Shown here in pieces: positions 37,463 to 49,211 of a stretch of DNA of 64,000 nucleotides. Numbering within the stretch: position 1 is the stretch's first letter; every line of letters starts with the position of its first letter. The notes under the pieces were generated by a model. It ran no database searches and was not told the origin of the DNA. It saw only the letters and a list, made by a program, of their open reading frames with translations. A program made the translations under genes and the position numbers. The stretch is from a virus: positions 19,235 to 83,234 of IMG/VR virus record IMGVR_UViG_3300038701_002504. One strand, written 5' to 3'.

Positions 37463-37899
37463 CATTTAAAGAGTATCTAACAGAGCTATTCGACAGACCT
37501 GCCAAAATCTATACACTTGCTGATAATTTGACGGACAGGGAAGCCATATTCACTGTTGGAAATAACAAGTACAGTATATATTTAAGTAAGGAACCCATCA
37601 GAAAAATCGTATGGAACGTAACATTTGCTATTATAGAAATAGATGGTATGCCTGTGGGTGGTATAGATAGCATTAAAACAACAAATCTGAATGTTGATAA
37701 AAATGTTGTATTCGCAACAGTAATTAAGTTTATTGAGTCACATCACAGAAAAGAAGATACATATAAATTTACCACATGGAAGATTGAAAAGTCGCGCATT
37801 AGACTTTATGATACATTATCCAAAAGATTGGCAAAAAAATATAATATGAAAGTAGAGAAATCAGTATTTGGAAATGTTATTGAATGGCAATTGTCATAA
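37459..37899 (+). CDS. Putative capsid-targeted small protein
   Basis: MTFKEYLTELFD leader, resembling both the CTS motif and the T4 Alt N-terminal ITELFD. Confidence 0.45.
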   Translation: MTFKEYLTELFDRPAKIYTLADNLTDREAIFTVGNNKYSIYLSKEPIRKIVWNVTFAIIEIDGMPVGGIDSIKTTNLNVDKNVVFATVIKFIESHHRKEDTYKFTTWKIEKSRIRLYDTLSKRLAKKYNMKVEKSVFGNVIEWQLS

Positions 37900-37902
37900 A
37901 TA
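37895..37902 (+). promoter_or_regulatory. Late promoter variant CATAAATA
   Basis: Upstream of gp6. Confidence 0.55.
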
Positions 37903-37919
37903 ATAATAAAAAGGGTTAA

Positions 37920-39725
37920 ATGGCAAACTTTCTATCTACATCAGACCTAAATGCTGAGTCTCTGAAGACTAATTTTATTACTTATCTACAGTCGCAGGAT
38001 AAGTTTAAAGATTACGATTTCACTGGTTCTAACATGTCTGTTCTCATCGACATTCTGATGCAGAATACAATGTATAACAATCACTATTTGAATATGATGG
38101 GCGCTGAATCTTATCTTGACTCAGCGCAACTTCGTGAATCGATTGTATCTCGTGCAAAGGAACTGAACTATGTTCCTCGTTCAAGAACGGCTTCTCGCGC
38201 AGTCATTACAGTTGAAATCTTTCCTGAAGACTCTCCTAACTCTATATTGATTCCAAAGGGATATGTTTTCAAATCCACAATTAATAACGAGACATATTAC
38301 TTTCACACACGCCAGAATTACACGATTACGAAATCAAATGACAGATATGTTCTATCAAATATTGAAATATTTGAAGGGTATGCTGTGCAGGAATTCTTCT
38401 CTGTAGTATCTGAAATTGGAACAGATGGTTACACAACTTATTCTTCATCACATGTGATTAATTCAGAGAACTGTGATACAAACTCTCTGGATGTATACGT
38501 TACATTAAACGGCGTAAGAACAAAGTTTGAAAGAGCAACCTCATTATATGGTCTTACATCAGAATCAAATGTATACTTCCTTCAGGGATATAAAGATAAT
38601 TTTTATGAAGTTGTTTTCGGTGATGGTGTATTTGGTAAAGCAATTGCTACAGGAACTGAAGTTGATATTACATACACTGATACTCTAGGACCGGGCGCAA
38701 ATGGTATCTCTGTTTTTTCTAAAACAACATCAATTTCAGGCTATTCATCTGTAAGCATTACAACAACCACAACTTCATATGGTGGTGGAGATGCTGAAAC
38801 AAATGAGAATATAAAGTTTAATTCGGTTCGTCATTTTCAGACACAGGAAAGAGCTGTTATTGAGAATGATTATCGAAACCTTGTAATTACTAACTTCCCT
38901 GAAATACAGGCTGTGAATGTATATGGCGGCGAAAATGATAATCAATACGGTAAAGTAATTGTTTGCGTAAAGCCATTTAATACTACAAAGATTTCAGACT
39001 CGTTAAAAAATCGTATCACACAATTTCTTGAAAGTAAAAATCTTGTAACGGAACCTGTTATTAAAGAACTCGAATATTTCTATATTAAAGTTGATGCTGC
39101 TGTAAGATATATTCGAAACAATACTACAAGCACTGAGGGCGAACTGAAATCTACTGTTATTTCCAAACTATTGGAATTGAATGACAACCGTTTCAATAAA
39201 TTTAATCAGAGCGTATATTCATCATTCTTATCACGTACAATCGATGAGTCTGATCTCGCGATTACAAGCAACAGTCTCTTTCTTAAAATCATCAAGAAAT
39301 TGTTTCCTGTTCCGAATGTAGAAACAACATATATTCTTGAATTTGACAATGCGTTACCTGATTTTGGTTCTGCTGATAAAGCAGGTCAGACATTTCCGTC
39401 CAACCACCCAGCAATGATTGAATCAAGCAAGTTTACCTATACTATGAATGGAACCGACTACGAAGCATGGGTTCAGGACAACGGAGCTGGAATATTAGGT
39501 GTATACACATATGACAGTGAGGGAATTAAAGTTAGGTTGAAAGTTGTTGGAACAGTTGATTATTCAATTGGTAAATGTGTGATGACTCTGGCAATTAAAG
39601 GATACACGGGAAATGTTTCTGTGTATGCGAAACCAAGATCACGTGATATTATTATTTCAAAGAATAAATTCATTATACTTGATTCCGCAGACTTTAATAT
39701 AACGATGGTTGCAGATGCTGAATAA
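37920..39725 (+). CDS. gp6: Baseplate wedge subunit (gp6-like)
   Basis: DYDFTGSNMSVLID, SAQLRESIVSRAKELNYVPRS, FGDGVFG, QERAV..DY. Confidence 0.92.
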   Translation: MANFLSTSDLNAESLKTNFITYLQSQDKFKDYDFTGSNMSVLIDILMQNTMYNNHYLNMMGAESYLDSAQLRESIVSRAKELNYVPRSRTASRAVITVEIFPEDSPNSILIPKGYVFKSTINNETYYFHTRQNYTITKSNDRYVLSNIEIFEGYAVQEFFSVVSEIGTDGYTTYSSSHVINSENCDTNSLDVYVTLNGVRTKFERATSLYGLTSESNVYFLQGYKDNFYEVVFGDGVFGKAIATGTEVDITYTDTLGPGANGISVFSKTTSISGYSSVSITTTTTSYGGGDAETNENIKFNSVRHFQTQERAVIENDYRNLVITNFPEIQAVNVYGGENDNQYGKVIVCVKPFNTTKISDSLKNRITQFLESKNLVTEPVIKELEYFYIKVDAAVRYIRNNTTSTEGELKSTVISKLLELNDNRFNKFNQSVYSSFLSRTIDESDLAITSNSLFLKIIKKLFPVPNVETTYILEFDNALPDFGSADKAGQTFPSNHPAMIESSKFTYTMNGTDYEAWVQDNGAGILGVYTYDSEGIKVRLKVVGTVDYSIGKCVMTLAIKGYTGNVSVYAKPRSRDIIISKNKFIILDSADFNITMVADAE

Positions 39726-41265
39726 AACATCTATTACAGATAAAGTAAAATCTCAATTCCCTGAATTCTATAATGAATATGGGCTCAGTTTTATTGACTT
39801 CATTCAACTGTATTATCAGTGGATGGAAGCAAGAAAGTATACAGGACCAACGAAAGACGTTCCATCTCTCTTAGATATTGATGAAACAACTGAATTGTTT
39901 CTTGAATTCTTTAAAAAACAGTATATGGCAGGTCTTCCTGAGAAAATTATCGGTAACCAGAGATTTCTTCAGAAGCATATATTAGATCTTTATAGAGCAA
40001 AGGGAAGTGAAGAAGGTTTTAGACTTTTATTTAGACTTCTATATAATAAAGAAATCGATATATACATACCTGGAAAAGATATATTTAAACCTTCTCACGG
40101 TAAATGGCAACGAAAAAGATATATTCAAATCTCTAGTGAACCTATCTCATCAACATTTGAGGGTAAAACTATTACTGGAGAAATATCACAGGCTACAGCT
40201 GTTGTAGAATCATATGATAGAGTGAATTATAATGGTATTACAAATCATATTCTTTGGCTTTCATCAATTGAAGGAAGCTTTCTTGTAAATGAAAGAGTTT
40301 ATGTTGATTTTGATGATATTGAAAGTTGCCCTGTTATAAAAGGATCTGTGATAGGATTCAATATTCTAAACTCTCATATTAATTTCAATGTTGGAGATAT
40401 TGTAACATATTCTGAAGATACAAATCTAAAATTTTCTGTATCTGCATTGGATGTTATCGAATTGAATGGTATTCTTGAACCAGTAGTTCTTAAGATTGGT
40501 GATGGTTACCGTGAAGGCGAAATTACAACAGCATACACGCCGCGTGGAGCAAATGGATCTGGTGCTGAAATAGGATATTTTTTACGTCCATCAGGTGTGT
40601 ATCGGTTATTCTCTGATGAACCATTGGCTCCTTATGCAAATACAGATTTGGATGCTTTGGATTATGATATGCCATCTGATGATGTTGATGATGTTGACTC
40701 TATCATTGCTGATGCGTTACTCTTTACAAATACAGAATTTAAAGAATTATATGGAGCATACACTATCGCTGGGTCTGGTTATGATGATGTTGTTGACATA
40801 TATCCTGTTGATGAAGATGTTGTGAGACTGGAATGGGAAGTATCTCCTGGTGAATATTACGGAAATAACGCTATAGTTGAAGGTTATCCTGCATTTGGAA
40901 CCAACAGAGCTTTAACTCTTGAATTGGTTAATTCGTCTTTCAACTATAGCGAACCTCTCTTTATAACATTAAATAATGGTATTCGTGAAATATATGGACA
41001 GCTTATAATTGGAGCTATTGGCATCGCTGAAGGATATTATAGTGATACAAACAGCTTTATCAGTGCTGATAAATATCTGCAGGATAGTTATTATTACCAA
41101 GAATATTCTTATGATATCAAGATTGATGAATTATTTACTCAATACTTTGACATATTAATTAAAACAATCCACCCATCTGGTAAGAAACCGTTTGGTAATC
41201 CTCGTATCATATCAACATATAATTTTGAACCAGATATAGAAACCATTTTTGAAGAAGTAAGATAA
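39709..41265 (+). CDS. Baseplate wedge initiator (gp7-like)
   Basis: QFPEF, LYRAKGSEEGFRLLFR, QDSYYYQEYSY, IHPSG. Confidence 0.7.
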   Translation: MQMLNKTSITDKVKSQFPEFYNEYGLSFIDFIQLYYQWMEARKYTGPTKDVPSLLDIDETTELFLEFFKKQYMAGLPEKIIGNQRFLQKHILDLYRAKGSEEGFRLLFRLLYNKEIDIYIPGKDIFKPSHGKWQRKRYIQISSEPISSTFEGKTITGEISQATAVVESYDRVNYNGITNHILWLSSIEGSFLVNERVYVDFDDIESCPVIKGSVIGFNILNSHINFNVGDIVTYSEDTNLKFSVSALDVIELNGILEPVVLKIGDGYREGEITTAYTPRGANGSGAEIGYFLRPSGVYRLFSDEPLAPYANTDLDALDYDMPSDDVDDVDSIIADALLFTNTEFKELYGAYTIAGSGYDDVVDIYPVDEDVVRLEWEVSPGEYYGNNAIVEGYPAFGTNRALTLELVNSSFNYSEPLFITLNNGIREIYGQLIIGAIGIAEGYYSDTNSFISADKYLQDSYYYQEYSYDIKIDELFTQYFDILIKTIHPSGKKPFGNPRIISTYNFEPDIETIFEEVR

Positions 41266-42713
41266 TGACAAACAATATACGAACAAGCAAATATTTAATT
41301 GAAAAAATAACAGCTGACGTTGATGCAGGAAAATTTTATATTGTAATAGGAAATCATTCCGGTGTATCTTCTAATGTAGTAAATTATTCATATAATAATA
41401 TTGAAGATGTGAAAACAAAGAACATATTTGGTAAAAAAGTGAAATCAGCCGACTGTTCTCCTGTGATTCCAAGTATAACATGGATCTCTGGTACTGTTTA
41501 TGAGAGAGCTGATAATCACACCAATAATAATTTTTATGTGTTGAACCAAAATGATGATGTGTTCAAATGTATATGGAATAATGGTGGAGAAGCATCTACT
41601 TCAGAACCAATTACAAAATCTGAAACATATCTTACAACAGCCGATGGGTATATTTGGAAATATATGTACACAATTTCATCCGGTGATATGAGCAAATTTG
41701 CATTCACAGGTTATATTCCAGTTTCTTCAAATGCTTCTATTGTGAATACCGCGGTAAATGAGAGTATTGATTATATTGAAGTTTTGAATGGTGGTCAGAA
41801 TTATTCTGTTCATAACTCTGGAACCATACAACAGAACATTGGATCCAACGTATATCGAATTGCAAATACTGCATCTGATATATTAAATGTTTATGTTGGA
41901 TCTTCATTATATGTTGAGAACGGAACATCAGCTGGTCTTTTGAAAACAATTTCTGGCTCATTTTCAAATAGTAGTGGTAAATATATATCATTTTCAAGTA
42001 ATACTACACTTTCAACAGACTCAGAGTATATCATATCACCACGTGTTGTTGTTGAATCTCATAGCGGAAGCGGATTTGAGGCATATTCAACCATTACAGA
42101 AAATAATACAGTAGATAAGATTGTTATCATTAATAATGGAAGTGATTATGTAAATCCAACAGTATCGCTTTATACAACTGCAACAGTTACAGCTGCAAAT
42201 TTAAATATCATCACGTCTCCACAGAACGGACATGGTTATGATCCTGTTGAAGAGCTTGGAGCTACGCGTCTCGTATTTACATCGAATTTTCTATTAGCTG
42301 AGGATACAACATTACCTGAAAGTAATTTTTCATATTATAACACATCTCTCGTATATGCTCCAAATACAGCAGTAGCAGCACAGAATACAGCATCATGGGG
42401 AGCTTCATTTGATGTGAATGCCACATTCTCTACTGATGACTTTATCACAGGAGACACTTCATCTGCAAAGGGAATTGTGTATTGGGCAAACACTTCTCAT
42501 GTGAAATTAAACACAATCATTGGAACATTCTCAAATAATGAGATAATTTTTAATCAAAGCGGCGTGAATTCTACAATAAATATAATTAAAGATAAGGATG
42601 TAGAGACTTCTTCAGGCAAATTACTTCAATATACTATACATGAAGATGGAATTCACAGAAGTTTAAACATATCGGAAAATATAAAATATATTTTTAAATT
42701 AGAAAGTAATTGA
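41265..42713 (+). CDS. gp8: Baseplate wedge subunit (gp8-like)
   Basis: VFKCIWNN, DGYIWKYMY, YIPV, GHGYDPVEELGA. Confidence 0.8.
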   Translation: MTNNIRTSKYLIEKITADVDAGKFYIVIGNHSGVSSNVVNYSYNNIEDVKTKNIFGKKVKSADCSPVIPSITWISGTVYERADNHTNNNFYVLNQNDDVFKCIWNNGGEASTSEPITKSETYLTTADGYIWKYMYTISSGDMSKFAFTGYIPVSSNASIVNTAVNESIDYIEVLNGGQNYSVHNSGTIQQNIGSNVYRIANTASDILNVYVGSSLYVENGTSAGLLKTISGSFSNSSGKYISFSSNTTLSTDSEYIISPRVVVESHSGSGFEAYSTITENNTVDKIVIINNGSDYVNPTVSLYTTATVTAANLNIITSPQNGHGYDPVEELGATRLVFTSNFLLAEDTTLPESNFSYYNTSLVYAPNTAVAAQNTASWGASFDVNATFSTDDFITGDTSSAKGIVYWANTSHVKLNTIIGTFSNNEIIFNQSGVNSTINIIKDKDVETSSGKLLQYTIHEDGIHRSLNISENIKYIFKLESN

Positions 42714-45700
42714 TGACAAATAAAATTAACACTAACTTAAATATTTCTCCATATTGGGATGACTTCGATGAAGACAAACAGTATGTGAGAATCTTATTTA
42801 AGCCATCTGTTGCTGTTCAAACACGTGAACTAAATCAAATTCAGACTATACTTCAAAATCAGATTTCACGATTTGGTTCACATATATTTAAAGACGGCTC
42901 CATTGTGAATGGTGTTGCTATCACATATAACAATGCGCAGAAATATGTCCGCGTAAAGAACTTATTTAATGCAAATAACGAACGTGATTTAAATGAAATC
43001 GCAAATACATATCTTATTACTTCTAATACCGGTGTGCGAGCTGTTCCTACTCTTGTTGTAAAGGGATTTGAAACTCAATATCCAGATACAAACGTTCTAT
43101 ACATCAAATATATTTCAACAGGTAAAGATGTATCAAACAATGACGTAACAGAATTCCTTTCAGGCGAAACTCTTTCAATATATGATGAAAATCAGTTAAA
43201 AATTGGTTCATTGGATTCTAATAATTTAGTTGATAGCATTGATGTGTTAACTGCGAATGCGTCAATCACTGTAACAGGCAATGCTTATGCAATTACATGT
43301 TCTGATGGTATCGTTTATCAGAAGGGATATTTTTCTAAAGTATTACCACAAACTGTTCTGGTTAAAAAATATGATACAAATACAGCAAACTATGCTGTTG
43401 GTTTTGATACTTCTGAAAGCACTGTTACAACAGCGCAAGACTCTAGCTTGTTTGATAATGCAATTGGAGCTCCTAATGAAGCTGCTCCCGGCGCAGATAG
43501 ACTGAAGCTTACTCCATCTCTTATATCTGTAAATAAAGATGAAATATCATCTAACTCTTCATTCTTTCCTATTGTTGAATTCAATGATAGTATGCCAGTT
43601 GAAGAAAATACAGATCCACAATACGACATACTTGGAGATGCTCTTGCTAAAACTGTATGGGAAGAATCTGGTGACTATGTTATCAAGCCTTTCCCAGTTG
43701 AAACACTTACTCACGCAAATTCACAGCTTATGTATTATGAAGTGTCTCCTGGTATCGGATATGTACAGGGGCGTAGAGTAGAACTTATTGGTGCTAAAAA
43801 AATCGCTACAACACGCGCTGTAGATACAGATGAAGGTCAAGCCCAGATTATTACTTCAAACTACGGTAACTATGTCATTGTTGATGAATATCTCGGTAAT
43901 TTTGACATTAATGATATCGCCACAGTTTCAATCTATGATACGGCTCAGGATGCCGTATCTTCTGTTTCAGGTGCTGGTTCTGCTCCTACAGGAAATCTGA
44001 TTGGTACAGCAAATATAAGATCTACTGTTTATGATAATGGTAGAAAAGGAACTCCCTCAGCTCAGTATAGATTGTATGTATTCAACATTGTGATGAATAG
44101 CGGCAAGTCGTTTTCAAATGATGCTAAATCTTTTTATATTGACGGTTCCTTCGGTAAAGCAAAAGCCGATATTGTACTTGAAAGTTCTAAAGCAGTTATC
44201 AAGGATAGTTTGAAAAATACTCTTCTTTTCGATATTGGTATTGACTCAATCAAAAGACTTACTGATAAGAATGGGGTGAATGATACACAGTTCATTATCA
44301 GAGACACTATTAGTGCGACACTTCAGTCAAATGGTTTTGCAACATTCACATTGAATACTCCATACGCTGGTGGTTCTGAAAGAATTAATTATTCTACAGG
44401 AACTCTATCTGATACAAATGAACTTAATTTTGACATCACTCTTTCAGCAGAAGCTTATTCAGCGAATGCAAGTGGAACATTAACAGCAGCGGGTACAACA
44501 GCAACAGGAACTGGCACATCTTTTACAACTGTTTTTGGTGTTGATGATTTCATTAGAATTCCTTCATCTGGGGCTGTGAGAAGAGTTACCGCAATTGCAA
44601 ATAATACTTCTATGACTTTGAATGCATCACTTACAGAAACTGATGAGGCGTTCCAAAAATATTGGCCTGAAGGAACTGTTCTTGATGTATCCGGTGCCAA
44701 TGGTTCAATTAACGTTCTTTCAAATACACAGTTCTCTGTTTCTACAGATGTTGAGACTGCTGGTGGATCTGGAACACAGACAATTCACGCAAATCTTCCA
44801 GTTCTAAGATCTACAGCAGTAGGTATTAAAAAGGAAATCAAAAAAGATACATATGTAAAGATTGACTGTTCATCAGCTGGTGTAATCGGACCATTTAATC
44901 TTGGTCTTGTTGACGTTACAAAACTTAAAAATGTATATGTTGGTACTGATTATCTTGACACAAACCCAGATAGATCTGTTTGGTTTGAATTAAATACAGG
45001 TCAAACAGCAAACACATATGAACACGCTAAATTAGTTGTGAAGCCAGAATTTAAGAGCATGCTTTCAACCGCAAGTAGAATTCTTGTAAAATTAGACCAT
45101 TTTGTTGCAAATACAACAGCTGGTGCAGGATTCTTCTCAGTTGATTCATACCCAATTAAAGGCGAAGCCGATACATCAAACTCAACTAACATTGATATTG
45201 GTGATATCCCAACAATCGGCGGTCTGGACACAAGAAGATATATTGATTACAGACTACAGCGTTATAATACAGCAAATACAGCCACAACAATTGGTGGAGC
45301 AACTGTAAACCCTGCTGCAGCAAATACATCGTTTATTAAAGTTTCAACTGGATCATATATACCAGATCCAGATAGCAACTTCCAAGCTGATATTGAATAT
45401 TATCTACCTCGTATAGATCTATTGTCTATTACAAAGAATGGTGATTTGGTTGTGAATAATGGAAGAGCATCGCTTACTCCAAAATCACCAAAACCTTCAG
45501 ATGACTCTATGGAAATTGCGAATATCTATGTGCCTGGATATCCTTCACTCACAACAAGAGAAGGGGAAGCATTCAATAGAACCGATATCAAAACTAAGAT
45601 TAATCTGGTATACAATGTAGGTCATACTATGAAAGACATTGGTACTCTGAAAGAAAGAATTAAGAGACTTGAATATTACTCTGTTCTAAACTTGCTAGAA

Positions 45701-48430
45701 CAATCAGCAAAAGATCTTACAATTTCAGACGAAAATGGATTGGATAGATTTAAGAATGGATTCTTCGCTGAACCGTTCATGAGTCATAAACTCGGCAATG
45801 TTTCAGATTTTGAGTATAAAATTGCTATAGATGCTGATAATAAATTAGCTAGACCATTTTTCGAGAAACACTCAATTGATTATACACTGAATTCAGCTAA
45901 TTCTACAAATATTCAAGTAAGTGGATCAAAGGTTACTCTTCCATATACTTCTGTTGAATACATCAAACAACCATATGCTACAAAATTCAGAAATTGTACT
46001 GAGAGTGTGTGGCAGTGGAATGGCTCTATATCTCTATATCCTGAATACGACCATCATAAAAATGAATCATCTATTCCTGCTGTCAATGTGAATATTGATT
46101 TGGCTACACCGTTTGAACAGTTTGCTGCGTCACCATTTGGAACTACTTTTGGTGATTGGAGAACGGTAAATCAATCAACTCGTACAGACGTGTCAATATT
46201 AGGAAACACTCAAGTCACCTCAAGCACAACATCAACTAATCAACAAAGATCACAGTCTATTCTAAATGTTGATGTAAGTTCACAAACTTATAACTTCGGT
46301 TCATTTGTAAAAGATATATCATTAAACCCATATATGAGAAGCCGCGAAATTGCGTTTGTTGTTACAGGTCTTAAACCAAATACTAGAATGTATGCGTTTT
46401 TTGATAGCGAACCTGTAAGTTTATACTGTGGTCAGGGTGTTCTATCCGGCGTATCATCAGTATTAGAAGGTCAGGAAAATAGAATAGTGAGCAGAACCAA
46501 CTCTTTTGGTTCTCCTATGTTAACAGATTCCGCAGGTAACTTATACGGTATATTTAGAATTCCCGACAATATGTTTAGAGTTGGGGATAGAGAGTTTGTA
46601 ATATGTAATGTTGACAATCTAGAAACTGGAACAGATGCGATATTATCAGCAGCTAGAGCAATTTATACTGCTTCAAATCTTTCAGTATCTACTCAACAAA
46701 TATCTCTTAATACTAGAACTCCTTCATTGTCTACATCTGTGGGTATTAACACTAGAGTTCTTACCGATACTATCACAAACACAGGAAATCTTAATAATGG
46801 CTTTGGTGGCATTAATGGTGGCGGTGCTGCTGGTGGCGACGGCGCCGATCCAATATCACAGTCGTTCCTTGTGACAACTCCAAATTCGACAGTTATGTTT
46901 TTGGATAAAGTTGGAGTGTATTTTAAGAGTAAAGATCCTACACTTGGCGTTACTGTTTATATTACAGAAATGGCGAATGGATATCCAAATTCAAGCAAAA
47001 TTATAGCGAAAAAATATCTTCCAGCAGCATCAGTGAATGTATCAGATGATGCATCTCTTGAAACAGTATTCAATTTTGATGATGTAATTGCTCTTACACG
47101 TGGTATGTATTATGCATTCCAGGTAAAACCAGATGGTGATTCGCCTGAATATACTATTTGGATGTCTGAAATTGGCGGAAAAGATATTGCTTCAAATCAA
47201 CAAGTATTCTCAAACCCATATGTTGGAGTAGCATTTATTTCTGCTAATATGAACACATGGACAGCAATACAGACAGAGGATATTAAATTCAATATCTACA
47301 GAGCTTCATTCACATCTCTATCTGGTACTGCGTATTTTGAAAACGAAGACGATGATTATATCACTGTCGATGGTTTAAATAAAGCAAACTCATCAGTTGC
47401 AGTTGAAGTTGGAGATATTGTTTATTCTGCCAACTCAACTGGTGGTCTACTCACAGCGAACACAGATCCGGTTGGATATATCCAAAGGGTTGATGAAGCA
47501 AGAAATTCTATCATAATTGATAAATCGAATGGATTGTTTGAAGCAAATACACCTCTTCAAATTCATAGAGAATTTATGAATGATCAGGAAACTCTGAATG
47601 CAAACACCCTTATTGCAACAGGAAATATTGTATCTATCGATAATAAATCATATTCAATTATAGTACCTCGCTTTGCTACGATCGCACCCGCTGGATCAAG
47701 TCTTGAATATTCATATAAGGGTACTGATGAATCGCTTATTGTTGACTCAGTGTATTACAGTGTTGTTCCTGAAAACGATAATGAAAAGTTTGATAAACTT
47801 AGAAATATTGTAAGTAAATCAAACGAAGTAGCTGATATGTCTTCAGCAAAATCATCACGATTCAATATCATATTATCAAGCGATAATGATTATGTATCTC
47901 CAGTTATTGATATGACTCGTAAGTCTTCGTATGTAATTGAGAATATCATAAACAATGATTCTACTGACGAGCATACACGTTATGGTAATGCTTTAACAAA
48001 ATATATTAGCAGAGGGATTACATTAGAAGAAGGACAAGATGCTGAAGATATTGAAATATATGTTGGAGCATATCGTCCTGTAGGTTCAAATATTGAATTG
48101 TATGTCAAATTCTTAAATAATGAAGATTATGAAAGCATAAACGATAAGGTTTGGACTAAAATGTCATTCAAATCTGGAGAGTTTACTTATTCTTCAACAG
48201 GCAACGTAAAAGACTTTAGAGAGTATAAATTCGGTCTCCCAATCGCTGTTGGAGAAGATTATACAGCTTTTGCAAATACTGACAATAACAACATCATTCA
48301 ATACACAGATGCGAATGGATCAGTGTATGTCGGATATAAATCATTCATGATTAAAGTTGTTCTATTGTCTGATAATAAAGTAAAAGTTCCAATGCTGTCA
48401 GATTTGAGAGCTATTTGTCTTCAGATTTAA
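42713..48430 (+). CDS. Large virion structural protein (DUF4815/VrlC-like)
   Basis: PYWDDFD...RILFKP..AVQTRELNQIQTILQNQ, APGADRLK, YLPRIDL, DRFKNGFFAEPF. Confidence 0.8.
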   Translation: MTNKINTNLNISPYWDDFDEDKQYVRILFKPSVAVQTRELNQIQTILQNQISRFGSHIFKDGSIVNGVAITYNNAQKYVRVKNLFNANNERDLNEIANTYLITSNTGVRAVPTLVVKGFETQYPDTNVLYIKYISTGKDVSNNDVTEFLSGETLSIYDENQLKIGSLDSNNLVDSIDVLTANASITVTGNAYAITCSDGIVYQKGYFSKVLPQTVLVKKYDTNTANYAVGFDTSESTVTTAQDSSLFDNAIGAPNEAAPGADRLKLTPSLISVNKDEISSNSSFFPIVEFNDSMPVEENTDPQYDILGDALAKTVWEESGDYVIKPFPVETLTHANSQLMYYEVSPGIGYVQGRRVELIGAKKIATTRAVDTDEGQAQIITSNYGNYVIVDEYLGNFDINDIATVSIYDTAQDAVSSVSGAGSAPTGNLIGTANIRSTVYDNGRKGTPSAQYRLYVFNIVMNSGKSFSNDAKSFYIDGSFGKAKADIVLESSKAVIKDSLKNTLLFDIGIDSIKRLTDKNGVNDTQFIIRDTISATLQSNGFATFTLNTPYAGGSERINYSTGTLSDTNELNFDITLSAEAYSANASGTLTAAGTTATGTGTSFTTVFGVDDFIRIPSSGAVRRVTAIANNTSMTLNASLTETDEAFQKYWPEGTVLDVSGANGSINVLSNTQFSVSTDVETAGGSGTQTIHANLPVLRSTAVGIKKEIKKDTYVKIDCSSAGVIGPFNLGLVDVTKLKNVYVGTDYLDTNPDRSVWFELNTGQTANTYEHAKLVVKPEFKSMLSTASRILVKLDHFVANTTAGAGFFSVDSYPIKGEADTSNSTNIDIGDIPTIGGLDTRRYIDYRLQRYNTANTATTIGGATVNPAAANTSFIKVSTGSYIPDPDSNFQADIEYYLPRIDLLSITKNGDLVVNNGRASLTPKSPKPSDDSMEIANIYVPGYPSLTTREGEAFNRTDIKTKINLVYNVGHTMKDIGTLKERIKRLEYYSVLNLLEQSAKDLTISDENGLDRFKNGFFAEPFMSHKLGNVSDFEYKIAIDADNKLARPFFEKHSIDYTLNSANSTNIQVSGSKVTLPYTSVEYIKQPYATKFRNCTESVWQWNGSISLYPEYDHHKNESSIPAVNVNIDLATPFEQFAASPFGTTFGDWRTVNQSTRTDVSILGNTQVTSSTTSTNQQRSQSILNVDVSSQTYNFGSFVKDISLNPYMRSREIAFVVTGLKPNTRMYAFFDSEPVSLYCGQGVLSGVSSVLEGQENRIVSRTNSFGSPMLTDSAGNLYGIFRIPDNMFRVGDREFVICNVDNLETGTDAILSAARAIYTASNLSVSTQQISLNTRTPSLSTSVGINTRVLTDTITNTGNLNNGFGGINGGGAAGGDGADPISQSFLVTTPNSTVMFLDKVGVYFKSKDPTLGVTVYITEMANGYPNSSKIIAKKYLPAASVNVSDDASLETVFNFDDVIALTRGMYYAFQVKPDGDSPEYTIWMSEIGGKDIASNQQVFSNPYVGVAFISANMNTWTAIQTEDIKFNIYRASFTSLSGTAYFENEDDDYITVDGLNKANSSVAVEVGDIVYSANSTGGLLTANTDPVGYIQRVDEARNSIIIDKSNGLFEANTPLQIHREFMNDQETLNANTLIATGNIVSIDNKSYSIIVPRFATIAPAGSSLEYSYKGTDESLIVDSVYYSVVPENDNEKFDKLRNIVSKSNEVADMSSAKSSRFNIILSSDNDYVSPVIDMTRKSSYVIENIINNDSTDEHTRYGNALTKYISRGITLEEGQDAEDIEIYVGAYRPVGSNIELYVKFLNNEDYESINDKVWTKMSFKSGEFTYSSTGNVKDFREYKFGLPIAVGEDYTAFANTDNNNIIQYTDANGSVYVGYKSFMIKVVLLSDNKVKVPMLSDLRAICLQI

Positions 48431-48615
48431 GGAAAATGGATATGAAAGATCAGTTTATAAAAAGATCAGATGAGAATCCTGGAGCTATATTGAATACTGA
48501 TACGGAAGGCTTAAAGCAATACAAAAAACTTAAAAATTCAAGAAGGATTCTTGAAGATGAGATAAATATATTAAAAGAAGAATTAAGAATGATTAAGGAA
48601 ATGCTTACTAAATGA
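48415..48615 (+). CDS. Small coiled-coil protein
   Basis: GAILNTD..GLKQYKK motif; true start probably MDMKDQ. Confidence 0.55.
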   Translation: MSSDLRKMDMKDQFIKRSDENPGAILNTDTEGLKQYKKLKNSRRILEDEINILKEELRMIKEMLTK

Positions 48616-49208
48616 CAACTCGTTATTCAAATATTGTTATTGCAACAGATAACTTTTCCACATGGATTGAGAGAACAAACCAGATTCTTTATGCTCTGGA
48701 TACGATAGTTGTCACAACAAATTCGAACACGGCCGTTGGAAATTCGGCCATTACTGGAACATTTACTTCAAATAATATTTTCACAAATGAAATATCAGGT
48801 GGATCTTTTGGTAATACTCAACCACTTGTAATATCAACCAATACTTCTATTAGTGGAACGTTATCTACAAATGGAGCGGTTGTTTTAAGTTCTACACTTA
48901 CAGTTGGCGGAATTTTAACTGTAAATGCAAATACTTCAGTCAACGGAGATTTATCTTCAACTGGAAACACTTCTATTGGTGGAGCATTAACCGTTGGAAA
49001 TACTCTATCGGTAAATACTGCTACGGTAAGTAACACATCACATGATTTCTTTCTATCTGGAACTGGTAATACAGTTTTTAAGAATGATGCATCGGGATTT
49101 AGAACTTCACTGGATGTTTATTCAAAAAATGAAGCAAATACAATCATAAATAACAAGACAGCAGAAGTAGATGCTTCTGCAATCGCTTACGCAATCGCAC
49201 TAGGATAA
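48612..49208 (+). CDS. Virion structural / fibre-base protein
   Basis: TDNFSTWIERTN start, beta-repeat core, AIAYAIALG end. Confidence 0.6.
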   Translation: MTTRYSNIVIATDNFSTWIERTNQILYALDTIVVTTNSNTAVGNSAITGTFTSNNIFTNEISGGSFGNTQPLVISTNTSISGTLSTNGAVVLSSTLTVGGILTVNANTSVNGDLSSTGNTSIGGALTVGNTLSVNTATVSNTSHDFFLSGTGNTVFKNDASGFRTSLDVYSKNEANTIINNKTAEVDASAIAYAIALG

Positions 49209-49211
49209 TAA

